Below are positions 1 through 10,997 of a DNA stretch of 64,000 bases, in pieces. The DNA is from Minisyncoccia bacterium (GTDB taxonomy: Bacteria > Patescibacteriota > Minisyncoccia > Phycocordibacterales > UBA9973): positions 1,762 through 65,761 of the forward strand of contig JBAQNN010000001.1 in the NCBI GenBank assembly GCA_049303835.1, in the 5' to 3' direction. Position 1 is the stretch's first letter. The number at the start of each line of letters is the position of its first letter. Below the pieces are notes generated by a model. That model was not told where the DNA came from. It saw only the letters and a list, made by a program, of their open reading frames with translations, and made no database searches. The position numbers were made by a program, and so were the translations under genes.

Positions 1-2847
1 TTAGTAAAGACGGATACGGCTCCGGAGAGTATTTTGGCTCTGACTTACACCACTGCGGGTGTCATCTCTATGCGGAAGCGGCTTTTGGAAACGATAGGGG
101 ACAGAGCTTACAGGGTAAATATTTTTACTTTTCATGCATTTTGTGAGCATATCATAAAAGAATTTTCTTTTTATTTTGAAAGCTTGGAAGGAGCCAGGGT
201 GATAGATGACCTGGAGAGAGTTGAAATTATAGAATCTATCATCAAAAAAAATAGATTTGAACACCTTGTTTCTTTTCATGATGAATTTTCTTTTTTGAAT
301 AAGATAGTAAGTAGTATTTTGGCGATAAAAAAGGAAGGCCTATCTCCTTTAGAATTTATTAAAAAATTACCGGACTGGAAAAAAGATCTCCTGGCTGAAG
401 ACAGTTTGTACTACAAAAAGGATTATGGAGAATATAAAAAAGGTGATATCAAGCCGGCGGAAAAAGAGAAAATAAATAAAAAAATAGGCAAGGCAGAAGA
501 ATTGGGCACCATATTTTCACTTTATCAGGAAGAATTAAAGAAGCGCGTATTGTATGATTTTTCAGATATGATTTTGTATGTGTTGGAGGCGCTTTCCGAG
601 AATCAAGAACTAAAAGCTGATGTACAAGAAAAATACCAATATTTTTTGATAGACGAGCATCAAGATACAAACGAAGGGCAAAACAGGTTGATAGAATATT
701 TGACCGACGCTCCTCATCTGGAAGGCAAGCCGAATCTTTTTACGGTGGGAGATGAGAAACAGTCTATCTATAGATTCCAAGGCGCCAGTGCAGAGACTTT
801 TTCACGTTTTCAAAATATATATAAAGGCATACACACTATCACCCTCAAAGACAATTATCGCTCAACTCAAAACATCTTGGACGGGGCACATAGTTTAATC
901 ATCAAAACTCCCGGGCTGGAAGATAGTGTTCGCCTAGAGGCAAATTCAAAAAACAAAAATGAAAAAATAAATGTACGAGATTTTTCAAATTACAAGTTTG
1001 AGCTTTTGTATTTGGCCGAAGATATCAAGTCAAAAATTGAAAAAGGTATCAAGCCTAGGGAGATAGCGGTCCTGTATCGTGCTAACAAGAATGTCTCCGA
1101 CATCAAGACGATTTTTGATTTTTATAAAATTCCCTACACTATCTTTTCCAAAGATAGAATATTGGATGATCCGAATATCGCGAACTTAATAAATATTTTA
1201 AGAGTAATTGCCAATCCGAATGATGATCATCACTTCGGAAAAGTTTTATTTGCTAACTTCTTAAAATTGGATGCCTATGATTCGGTTAGGATTTTGGATA
1301 AATTTAAATCTTTACGCAAAGAGGAAAAGAAACATCTCTTTGCGATCATGGAAGATAAAAAAACTCTGAAAGAAATTGGAGTAAAGACAGTAGATAATTT
1401 TTCCGCTTTAATCAATACTCTCAAAGAGTTAAAAATTGAATCAAACAACCAGAGTTTCCCCGATTTTTTTAAAGTGTTTTTGGAAAAAATTGGGTATTTG
1501 AAATATATGATTTCGTCAGTTGACAGCCGTATCCAGTTGGTCAAACTGGATAAATTTTTGGACGAAATAAAAAAACAAAATGAGACAAAAAAGAATTACG
1601 ACACTACTGATTTTATTTACTTTATTGATTCATTTATCAAATATAATCTAGACATCAAAAGTACCGATCCGGAGATTATAGAAGGAGTATCTTTGATGAC
1701 AGCTCATGGGTCAAAAGGCAGGGAATTTGAACATGTTTATATCATTAATGCGACGAGAAAGTCTTGGGAAAGTCGCAGGGGAGAAAATAATATTTCTCTG
1801 CCTATTTATCAATATGATGGTGATATAAAAGACGAAAGGAGGCTCTTTTATGTTGCCATGACCAGAGCCAAGCATACCTTGAGTATTTCTTTTGGGAGGA
1901 CAGACAACGACGGCAAGGAACACGAAGAATCGGAGTTTGTGAAAGAAATTGAAGAAATTTTCAAAAAAGAAGAAAAAATGAAAGACTTTGAAAAAGAAAA
2001 CATAGACAAACTCGCCTCTTTTATGAATTTTGAAAGGCGCTCAGCTTCTTTGTTTGATCCGGAGTATGTGCGTCAGCTATTTTTCAGTAGGGGGTTGAAC
2101 GTTTCTGCGCTTAATAATTATATAGATTGTCCCAAGAAATATTTATATAAGAATCTGATTCGGATTCCGGATATATATTCTCCAAGCTTAAAATACGGAA
2201 GTATCATTGATCATGCTCTAAATAAATTTTTTGAAAAATCTAAAAAAGAGGCATGTATTTTGTCCAAAGAAATTCTTTTAACGGAATTTGATAAAGCACT
2301 AAGTAAATTCAATTTACCGGAAAAGGATGAAGAGAAATTTAGAGAAAGAGGAGAGAAGGCTCTCTCGGAATACTATGATGAATACTCCAAAAGCTGGACC
2401 TACAAGGTAGATATGCAATTTCATATTGAGAGAGATTTTGCCCTCAACAATAAAGAGGTTTTAAAAATCAGTGGTACCCTGGACAAGATAGAATACGTAG
2501 ATGATTTATTTTCCGCCAACATCAATGTCATTGACCATAAGACAGGCAGAGCTTTTTCTGAAAAGACCAAAGAACAAAAAGAAAATTATGAAAGGCAGTT
2601 GGTCTTTTATAAATTACTGCTCACAGATTATGACAAAAAAGAATTTATTATAAACAAAAGCGTACTGGATTTTATTGAAAAGAATAAAAAGGGTAAATTT
2701 GAGCAATATTCCCTGGACATAACCAAAGAACATTTGGATAAGTTGAAAGATGAAATCAATAATTGTGCGGAAGATGTTCTCTCTATGGAATTTCTAAAAA
2801 AAGGTTGCAATAAGAAAGATTGCGAATGGTGCCAATTTGAAAAGTAG
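1..2847 (+). CDS. UvrD/PcrA-type superfamily-1 DNA helicase with C-terminal RecB-like PD-(D/E)xK nuclease and 4-Cys cluster (AddA-like); 5'-partial, reading frame is open from position 1
   Basis: Frame is open upstream of the TTG at 34 and reads 'ILALTYTTAG', resembling helicase motif Ia. 'LIDEHQDTN' is a DExx motif II and 'MTAHGSKGREFEHVYI' a motif VI-like box. C-terminus has 'IDHKTGR' and 'QLVFYKLL' RecB-nuclease motifs and 'CNKKDCEWC'. Confidence 0.8.
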   Translation, partial: LVKTDTAPESILALTYTTAGVISMRKRLLETIGDRAYRVNIFTFHAFCEHIIKEFSFYFESLEGARVIDDLERVEIIESIIKKNRFEHLVSFHDEFSFLNKIVSSILAIKKEGLSPLEFIKKLPDWKKDLLAEDSLYYKKDYGEYKKGDIKPAEKEKINKKIGKAEELGTIFSLYQEELKKRVLYDFSDMILYVLEALSENQELKADVQEKYQYFLIDEHQDTNEGQNRLIEYLTDAPHLEGKPNLFTVGDEKQSIYRFQGASAETFSRFQNIYKGIHTITLKDNYRSTQNILDGAHSLIIKTPGLEDSVRLEANSKNKNEKINVRDFSNYKFELLYLAEDIKSKIEKGIKPREIAVLYRANKNVSDIKTIFDFYKIPYTIFSKDRILDDPNIANLINILRVIANPNDDHHFGKVLFANFLKLDAYDSVRILDKFKSLRKEEKKHLFAIMEDKKTLKEIGVKTVDNFSALINTLKELKIESNNQSFPDFFKVFLEKIGYLKYMISSVDSRIQLVKLDKFLDEIKKQNETKKNYDTTDFIYFIDSFIKYNLDIKSTDPEIIEGVSLMTAHGSKGREFEHVYIINATRKSWESRRGENNISLPIYQYDGDIKDERRLFYVAMTRAKHTLSISFGRTDNDGKEHEESEFVKEIEEIFKKEEKMKDFEKENIDKLASFMNFERRSASLFDPEYVRQLFFSRGLNVSALNNYIDCPKKYLYKNLIRIPDIYSPSLKYGSIIDHALNKFFEKSKKEACILSKEILLTEFDKALSKFNLPEKDEEKFRERGEKALSEYYDEYSKSWTYKVDMQFHIERDFALNNKEVLKISGTLDKIEYVDDLFSANINVIDHKTGRAFSEKTKEQKENYERQLVFYKLLLTDYDKKEFIINKSVLDFIEKNKKGKFEQYSLDITKEHLDKLKDEINNCAEDVLSMEFLKKGCNKKDCEWCQFEK

Positions 2848-2872
2848 TTTTAGGCTATAGTAGTCTATTTTT

Positions 2873-4018
2873 CTAACGAATCATGCCTCCAAAGATTTTA
2901 GTGGTTTCAGATTCTATTTTTTTATGTATTTTATCTATTTCTTCTGCTGTGAGGGTTCTGTCTAACGAACGGTAGGTGATACGATAGGCATAACTTATTT
3001 TTCCTGCCCCGAATTTTTCCGTATTTTCATATTTGTCCAGAAGCTCTACTTCTTCAACGATGCCAGGAGCGGTCTCTCTTACGAAATCAAAATAATCATT
3101 TGGGACAAAATCATTTTTTACCACAAAAGATATATCTCTCACTATCGGCGGATATTTGCTTACTTCTATAAACTTATGATCAAGTTGTAGTTGTTTTTTT
3201 ACCCTCTCATCTTCGCTCCAAAGAAGGCGAATATCCGGAAGGGACATACTCACAATCGCAAGTCTTTCCAAGCCGAATCCGAAAGCCCAACCGGTATAAT
3301 TTGAAGAATCTACTCCCAACTTTTCAAGTACGCTTCCTTTGACTACTCCGCATCCGACGACTTCCACCCAAGCACCGTCTATCTCAACTTCCATTTCAAG
3401 TGATGGGTCAGTATAAGGGAAAGTGTCTTTGTTTAAGCGATATTTTACATCAGGGCCGAATACAGCCTTGGCGATACTTCCCAATGCTTCCTCTAGATCT
3501 TTTTGTCCTATAATTTTTTCAGTTTTGGGTGCCAGAAACCATCCGTCAATCTGATGAAAGACATTCATATGTTTTCTATCCACTTCATCTTTGCGATAAA
3601 CTTTTCCAAAAGAAAAGGCACCGACTGGTTTATTCTCATTGATTCTTTTTGTTACATCTTCGTTGTGGAGATAGTAATACCACATCACTGTAGTATGGGT
3701 GCGTAAAATATTTTTCTCATTAACATAATATGTGTCGGATTTGCTTCTGGCCGGATGATCGGCCGGAAAATCAAATAAATCAAAACTGATGTCGGCAGGA
3801 ACAACTTCGGGGGTTTCTATGGTGTCCAGGTCTTTAAAATATTGATTAGCCAGGATACGATCTACAATTTCCTTAATTGGACTGCCGCCGGTTCTGGAAA
3901 GATCTGGCATAGACAAATAGCGTTTCATGCGTGTTGCTTCAATATCTTTTCTTGATTCCAGTTCTTTTAATAATGTCTTTTCTTCTTCAAGGGAAACTTT
4001 GTAGTTTTCTCGTTTCAT
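2873..4018 (-). CDS. pheS: phenylalanine--tRNA ligase alpha subunit
   Basis: Class II aaRS core motifs: 'FRxE'-like 'YRKDEVDRKHMNVFHQIDG' and 'GWAFGFGLERLAIV'. Typical PheS length (381 aa). Confidence 0.9.
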   Translation of the reverse strand: MKRENYKVSLEEEKTLLKELESRKDIEATRMKRYLSMPDLSRTGGSPIKEIVDRILANQYFKDLDTIETPEVVPADISFDLFDFPADHPARSKSDTYYVNEKNILRTHTTVMWYYYLHNEDVTKRINENKPVGAFSFGKVYRKDEVDRKHMNVFHQIDGWFLAPKTEKIIGQKDLEEALGSIAKAVFGPDVKYRLNKDTFPYTDPSLEMEVEIDGAWVEVVGCGVVKGSVLEKLGVDSSNYTGWAFGFGLERLAIVSMSLPDIRLLWSEDERVKKQLQLDHKFIEVSKYPPIVRDISFVVKNDFVPNDYFDFVRETAPGIVEEVELLDKYENTEKFGAGKISYAYRITYRSLDRTLTAEEIDKIHKKIESETTKIFGGMIR

Positions 4019-4103
4019 TTTTCTAATATAAAGAAAATTTGCTTAAAAGTAAAGGTTTTTTGGGGAAAAGAGGGCTAGTGTTTTAAATAGTTTTTTGATA
4101 TAA

Positions 4104-6212
<2,109 letters not shown>

Positions 6213-6226
6213 TTGTTGATTTATGA

Positions 6227-6242
6227 GTTAACATATGTTAAC
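6227..6242. promoter_or_regulatory. 16-bp perfect palindrome GTTAACATATGTTAAC immediately upstream of the HTH/Doc operon start; candidate operator
   Basis: Read directly at 6227-6242. It lies 9 nt before the ATG at 6251, between a TTGATT -35-like hexamer (6215-6220) and a TATATAT box. There is no T-tract, so it is not a terminator. Confidence 0.35.
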
Positions 6243-6250
6243 CTATATAT

Positions 6251-6535
6251 ATGCTGAAAAATAAGCATGTTTTTGAAAAAGGAGATAAAAAATACTTTTC
6301 TGCGCCCGAAATAGCAAAATTATTGGGTATTTCTCGTACAGCTATTTTTAAAAAAATTAAATCTGGACAAATACATGCTGAAAAGATTGGCAGAAATTAC
6401 ATTATTCCGAAAGAAGAATATGAAGCTATACTAGGTATTTTTGTTCCAGAGCGACGAAAAAAAGCGATAGAAGATACTGTTGACCGAGTGTTCAAAAAAT
6501 ATGGTTCCGCGTTGCGCAAACTAGGTAAAGAATAA
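6251..6535 (+). CDS. helix-turn-helix (excisionase/MerR-like HTH_17) DNA-binding protein; putative antitoxin/regulator of the downstream Doc
   Basis: 'SAPEIAKLLGISRTAIFKKIKSGQIHAEKIG' is a typical HTH_17 signature. It is 9 nt upstream of and co-oriented with the Doc gene. Confidence 0.6.
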   Translation: MLKNKHVFEKGDKKYFSAPEIAKLLGISRTAIFKKIKSGQIHAEKIGRNYIIPKEEYEAILGIFVPERRKKAIEDTVDRVFKKYGSALRKLGKE

Positions 6536-6544
6536 AATTCTTTT

Positions 6545-6988
6545 ATGGCTCGCAAAACGATTAAAAGAATTAGTTTGGCCGATGTGGAGTATACGGCTTT
6601 TCAAATAGCTAAAAAATTTATGGAGTGGGAAGAACCAATTCCGGATTTTGAAACGCGATTCCCGGACAAATTAGAAAGCTGCATTGAAACACCATTTCAA
6701 ACCTTTGACAGAAAAAGTTTGTATGTAGGTCTCGTAGGAAAATCTGCGATGCTGTTCTATTTAATGATCAAGAATCACCCCTTTCAAAACGGCAACAAGA
6801 GAATTGCGATCACGACCTTAATTTTATTTCTTGTTCAAAACGGTAAATGGCTTTCAACTTCCAATGAAGGTATATATCAATTTGCGTGCAGGGTTGCTGA
6901 AAGTAAGCCAGAAGAAAGATTAAATACTATGATTTTGATAAAATCTTTTATTGAAGAAAATATTGAAAACTACGACGTGAATAAATAA
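6545..6988 (+). CDS. Fic/Doc family protein (Doc-type toxin)
   Basis: Doc signature 'HPFQNGNKRIA' (HxFx(D/N)GNKR), 147 aa. Confidence 0.75.
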   Translation: MARKTIKRISLADVEYTAFQIAKKFMEWEEPIPDFETRFPDKLESCIETPFQTFDRKSLYVGLVGKSAMLFYLMIKNHPFQNGNKRIAITTLILFLVQNGKWLSTSNEGIYQFACRVAESKPEERLNTMILIKSFIEENIENYDVNK

Positions 6989-6993
6989 TACTT

Positions 6994-7200
6994 TTAGGTT
7001 GTTGTCTGTTTGGCGATTTTCCTGGGAACGATGATGGCAGCGATGAGGTATCCGATAATAGCCGGAATAAAGGCTGTCAAAATCGCTATGAGCAGATAAG
7101 CTAGACGAAGCAAGGTGGGATCTATTTCAAAATATTCTCCGACTCCGCCAATTACTCCGGAGACAATTTTATTTGTATCACTCTTATATAATCTTTTCAT
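6994..7200 (-). CDS. PspC-domain membrane protein
   Basis: 'IVSGVIGGVGEYFEIDPTLLRLAYLL' PspC-like N-terminal domain followed by a TM helix. Confidence 0.6.
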   Translation of the reverse strand: MKRLYKSDTNKIVSGVIGGVGEYFEIDPTLLRLAYLLIAILTAFIPAIIGYLIAAIIVPRKIAKQTTT

Positions 7201-7204
7201 AAAA

Positions 7205-8950
7205 TTATTTTTTATTTTTAATTTCTTCTAAAAGCTTTGAGAGAAGTTCTTCTTTTGTTATTTGCCCGAGTGGACCGGTGTCTCTAGATTCCAAAGTTAT
7301 TTTATTTGCTTCTATTTCTTTGTCGCCGATGACTATCCAGTAGGGGAGTTTGTTGTTTTTGGCATCACGGACTTTCCCGCCGAGGTTTCCATTATTGTCA
7401 TCAAGATCAGCACGAATACCGCTTGCTTTCAATAGTTCAGAAACCTCTTTTGCATATTCATTATGGTTTTCTCTAACAGGGATGACTTTTACTTGCACCG
7501 GTGAGAGCCAGAGAGGGAAGGCGCCGGCATAGTGCTCAATCAGTACGCCCATAAACCTTTCAAAAGATCCGTATATGGCAACGTGGAGAACAACTGCACG
7601 GTGTTTTTTTCCATCTTCACCGGTATAATCCATTTCAAAATTTTCCGGCTGATTGAAATCTAGTTGTATCGTCGTTAACTGCCACTCTCTTCCTATTGAG
7701 TCTTTTACTTTTATATCAATCTTGGGACCATAGAAAGCTGCTTCACCTTCCTCTACGCTATAATTTAAACCCATTTTTTTTGCGGAACTTATCAAAATCT
7801 TTTCCGCTTTTTCCCATATAGCGTCATCCCCGAAATATTTCTTTTTATTTTGCGGATCACGAACAGACACTTCTACCTTGTAATTATCAAAGTTGAATAT
7901 TTTGTACACTTTTTGCATTAAACCAAAAATCATTTCAATTTCTGATTCTATTTGGTCTCCGCGGATAACGTGATGTGTGTCATCTTGGGTCAAGTTTTTT
8001 ACTCTCAGAAGTCCAGCTAACTCACCACTTTTTTCATTGCGATACACAGTAGTATTTTCGGCTATTCGGAAAGGCAGATCACGGTAGCTGTGAGGTTCTG
8101 CATTATATATTTCAAAATGGTGTGGACAATTCATGGCTTTCATGACAAATTCTTCACCATTTTCATCTGTCATTACTGGCATCATGGCGTCATATTTTCC
8201 CATGTGTCCGCTTTTTATATATAGTTCTTTTTTAGCTATGTGTGGAACCGAGACAAAAGAGTAACCCAATTTTTCCTTTTCTTTTCTTATAAAATTCTCT
8301 AATTCTGTTTTGATAATATTACCTTTTGGTAAAAGCATAGGTAATCCCTTACCGACTAATTCAGAAACAGTAAATAATCCTAACTCTTTCCCTAGTTTTT
8401 TATGGTCTCTCTTCTCTGCTTCTTCTCTCTGGGTTGTGTAAGTGTCCAGCTCTTCTTTGGTTAGAAATGCTAGTCCGTAAATACGGGTGAGCATCTTATT
8501 TTTTTCATCTCCGCGCCAGTATGCTCCAGCTACGCGGTCTAGTTTAAAACAATCAGGATTTATTTCTTGTGCGGGATGTTCCAAGTGTCCGCCCCGGCAT
8601 AAATCAGTAAATCCTCCGCAAGTATAAGTGGTTATTTTTTCTCCACGGTCGGCTATTTCATTGACTAATTCTTGCTTGTATTCATTTTTGAAAAAGTTGA
8701 TAGCCTCATCTTTGGAGATCTCTTTGTGTTCAAACTCCGTCCATTTTGGCAAAATTTTGCGCATCCTGTCTTCTATCTTTTTCAAATCAGCATCAGAGAT
8801 TTTTTCATCCCCGAAATCAATATCATAATAAAAACCATTCTCAATTGAAGGGCCTAGGGTGAGTTTGATTTTATCAAATTTATATATTTCCCCGACGGCT
8901 GCTGCGAGCAGGTGGGCCAAGGTATGCCTTAAATTGTGTAATTTCTCCAT
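7205..8950 (-). CDS. thrS: threonine--tRNA ligase
   Basis: N-terminal 'HTLAHLLAAAV' (HxxxH second-additional-domain motif), class II core and C-terminal anticodon-binding domain; 581 aa. Confidence 0.9.
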   Translation of the reverse strand: MEKLHNLRHTLAHLLAAAVGEIYKFDKIKLTLGPSIENGFYYDIDFGDEKISDADLKKIEDRMRKILPKWTEFEHKEISKDEAINFFKNEYKQELVNEIADRGEKITTYTCGGFTDLCRGGHLEHPAQEINPDCFKLDRVAGAYWRGDEKNKMLTRIYGLAFLTKEELDTYTTQREEAEKRDHKKLGKELGLFTVSELVGKGLPMLLPKGNIIKTELENFIRKEKEKLGYSFVSVPHIAKKELYIKSGHMGKYDAMMPVMTDENGEEFVMKAMNCPHHFEIYNAEPHSYRDLPFRIAENTTVYRNEKSGELAGLLRVKNLTQDDTHHVIRGDQIESEIEMIFGLMQKVYKIFNFDNYKVEVSVRDPQNKKKYFGDDAIWEKAEKILISSAKKMGLNYSVEEGEAAFYGPKIDIKVKDSIGREWQLTTIQLDFNQPENFEMDYTGEDGKKHRAVVLHVAIYGSFERFMGVLIEHYAGAFPLWLSPVQVKVIPVRENHNEYAKEVSELLKASGIRADLDDNNGNLGGKVRDAKNNKLPYWIVIGDKEIEANKITLESRDTGPLGQITKEELLSKLLEEIKNKK

Positions 8951-9011
8951 ATTTTCATATTATCACATTTTATTTTGCATTTCATCTTTAATATGCTAGG
9001 ATAAGTCTATT

Positions 9012-9242
9012 ATGGTAGTACGAATGAGACATACAAAATCGCATACGAAAAACAGACGCTCTCACCACGCTTTGGAGAGTACGAGTTTTACGAAGTGCGA
9101 AAATTGCAAAGCTTTAAAAAGACGTCATACAGTCTGTGTATCTTGCGGTTTTTACAGGGGCAAGAAAGTGATAGATTTGATTAAAAAGACCGAAAAGAAG
9201 CAAAAAAAACAAAAGGCAAAGAAGGCGGCAGACAGTAAGTAA
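9012..9242 (+). CDS. rpmF: 50S ribosomal protein L32 with Lys-rich C-terminal extension
   Basis: 'RHTKSHTKNRRSHHAL' and 'CENCKALKRRHTVCVSCGFYRGKKV' match the L32 zinc-ribbon pattern. Confidence 0.8.
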   Translation: MVVRMRHTKSHTKNRRSHHALESTSFTKCENCKALKRRHTVCVSCGFYRGKKVIDLIKKTEKKQKKQKAKKAADSK

Positions 9243-9343
9243 TTTATTATTGAGTGGCTGCGTTTTTTAAAATTTTTTCCTCCTGTGCCCGTAAGCGGGA
9301 CCCGCGGAGATAAAAAATTTCAAGAAACTCCGCTTCCAAACAA

Positions 9344-10270
9344 ATGGCAAATAGGCACCTTTCCAGATCAATAGTACTACAGACGCTTTTTGAGTGGGAT
9401 TTTAAATCTGACACAAAAAAAGATGACATCTCTGCCGAAGAAAAAATTAAAGACGCGCTAAAAAGAAATTTAAAAGAATTTGCTCCTGGATTTGAGGATG
9501 ACGCTTTTGTATTTTCCTTGATGGACAAGGTGTTAAAAAAACGCACAACGATTGATGAAATCATTGGAAAGGCAGCTCCTGATTGGCCTATAGATAAGAT
9601 TTCTTTCATAGATAGAAATATTTTGAGAATCGGTTTGACGGAACTTCTCTTTGGGGATAGGAATGAAGTTCCTCCAAAAGTAGCGATAAATGAAGCGATA
9701 GAATTGGCGAAAACTTTCGGTGGAGAAAACTCAGGAAAATTCGTCAACGGTGTTTTGGGTGCGGTTTACAAAGAAATAGGGGAACCGGGTAAAGAGCAAG
9801 TAAGTAAGACCAAAAAACACGAAGAAGAGACGGATATTACAAAATTGCCGATTGAGACATTGGGAGGTGCGCTGGTTTATACGATAAAGGATGGGAATAT
9901 TTTATTCGCTTTTGTACACGATGTGTTTGGTTACTGGACTTTGTCAAAAGGGAAGATGGAGCCAGGTGAAGATGTGATGACGGGTACCAAGAGGGCCATC
10001 AAGAAAGAAATCGGACTTGATATTGAGATAGAAAGAGAGCTGGGAAAAAATGAATATGTGGCGACACATCCGGAAAAAGGAAAAAGTTTAAAAAAAGTTG
10101 TTTATTTTTTAGCTAAAAGTGGAGATAAAGAACTTGAACTTGAAAAATCCGGAGGATTGGACGGAGCTCGTTGGTTTGAACTCTCCGCTATTCCAGAACT
10201 ACGTATTTATAATGATATTATTCCACTGATCAGCAAGGCGATAGAAATCCTAAGTAGCAAAAAATTATAA
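9344..10270 (+). CDS. nusB: NusB antitermination factor fused to a C-terminal NUDIX hydrolase domain
   Basis: N-terminal half has '[30 protein letters not shown]', closely matching the NusB C-terminal helix. C-terminal half has a Nudix-box-like '[23 protein letters not shown]'. Confidence 0.8.
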   Translation: MANRHLSRSIVLQTLFEWDFKSDTKKDDISAEEKIKDALKRNLKEFAPGFEDDAFVFSLMDKVLKKRTTIDEIIGKAAPDWPIDKISFIDRNILRIGLTELLFGDRNEVPPKVAINEAIELAKTFGGENSGKFVNGVLGAVYKEIGEPGKEQVSKTKKHEEETDITKLPIETLGGALVYTIKDGNILFAFVHDVFGYWTLSKGKMEPGEDVMTGTKRAIKKEIGLDIEIERELGKNEYVATHPEKGKSLKKVVYFLAKSGDKELELEKSGGLDGARWFELSAIPELRIYNDIIPLISKAIEILSSKKL

Positions 10271-10286
10271 TATATAAATATAAGTT

Positions 10287-10982
10287 ATGATTAAATTTTC
10301 AGATTTTGAGAAAAAAACAAATATAGTTTTTAAAGATAAGAATTTATTAAAACAAGCTTTTACTCACCGTTCATATATAAATGAAAACGGGGCGTCCACT
10401 ACTTCTCACAATGAAAGGCTGGAATTCTTGGGAGATGCGGTGCTTGAACTTGTTGTGACTGATTTTCTTTACAAGAAATATCCACAATATACGGAAGGAG
10501 AACTGACAGCGGTACGATCCGCCTTGGTCAATGCCATCATAATCTCAGAAATAGCCGGGGAGATAGGAATGAATGATTACCTACTTTTATCCAAAGGCGA
10601 AGCAAAAGACAACGGTAAAGCCAGGCAGTATATTTTGGCAAACACCTATGAAGCGTTTATCGGGGCTATGTATTTGGACCAGGGGTATGAAATAGTAGAT
10701 AAATTTATCACCAAGACTCTTTTACCCAAAACGGAAGAAATAGTAAAGAAAAAACTCTGGCGTGATGCCAAGTCTTTGGTTCAAGAAAAAGCACAAGAAT
10801 TTGTGTCGGTCACTCCTTTGTATAAAGTTTTGCATGAAGCAGGACCGGATCACGATAAACACTTTACGGTTGGTGTTTATTTTGGAAAAGAATTAATTAC
10901 GGAAGGCAAAGGTAAATCAAAACAAGAGGCCGAACAAAGTGCCGCTCTGGCTGCATTAAAGTTAAAAAATTGGCTGGATTAG
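10287..10982 (+). CDS. rnc: ribonuclease III
   Basis: 'HNERLEFLGDAVLELVV' RNase III signature plus C-terminal dsRBD ('GKGKSKQEAEQSAALAAL'). Confidence 0.92.
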   Translation: MIKFSDFEKKTNIVFKDKNLLKQAFTHRSYINENGASTTSHNERLEFLGDAVLELVVTDFLYKKYPQYTEGELTAVRSALVNAIIISEIAGEIGMNDYLLLSKGEAKDNGKARQYILANTYEAFIGAMYLDQGYEIVDKFITKTLLPKTEEIVKKKLWRDAKSLVQEKAQEFVSVTPLYKVLHEAGPDHDKHFTVGVYFGKELITEGKGKSKQEAEQSAALAALKLKNWLD

Positions 10983-10997
10983 AGATACAGAAATATT

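Noticed and set aside
3503-3706. Numerous 60-110-aa ORFs embedded antisense or out of frame within pheS, gyrB, thrS, smc, rnr, the giant surface protein and the P-type ATPase (e.g. 3503..3706, 4178..4511, 11732..12151, 37665..38228, 60336..60809)
   Set aside because: They lie entirely within longer ORFs with clear homology and show low-complexity translations, so they are overlapping-frame artefacts.
6227-6242. GTTAACATATGTTAAC palindrome after gyrB, considered as an intrinsic terminator
   Set aside because: No downstream T-tract. Its position inside the promoter of the HTH/Doc operon fits an operator better.
9243-9343. GC-rich hairpin 'CCCGTAAGCGGG' between rpmF and nusB, considered as terminator or riboswitch
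   Set aside because: The stem is short, the T-tract does not directly follow it, and there is no conserved riboswitch core. Left unannotated.
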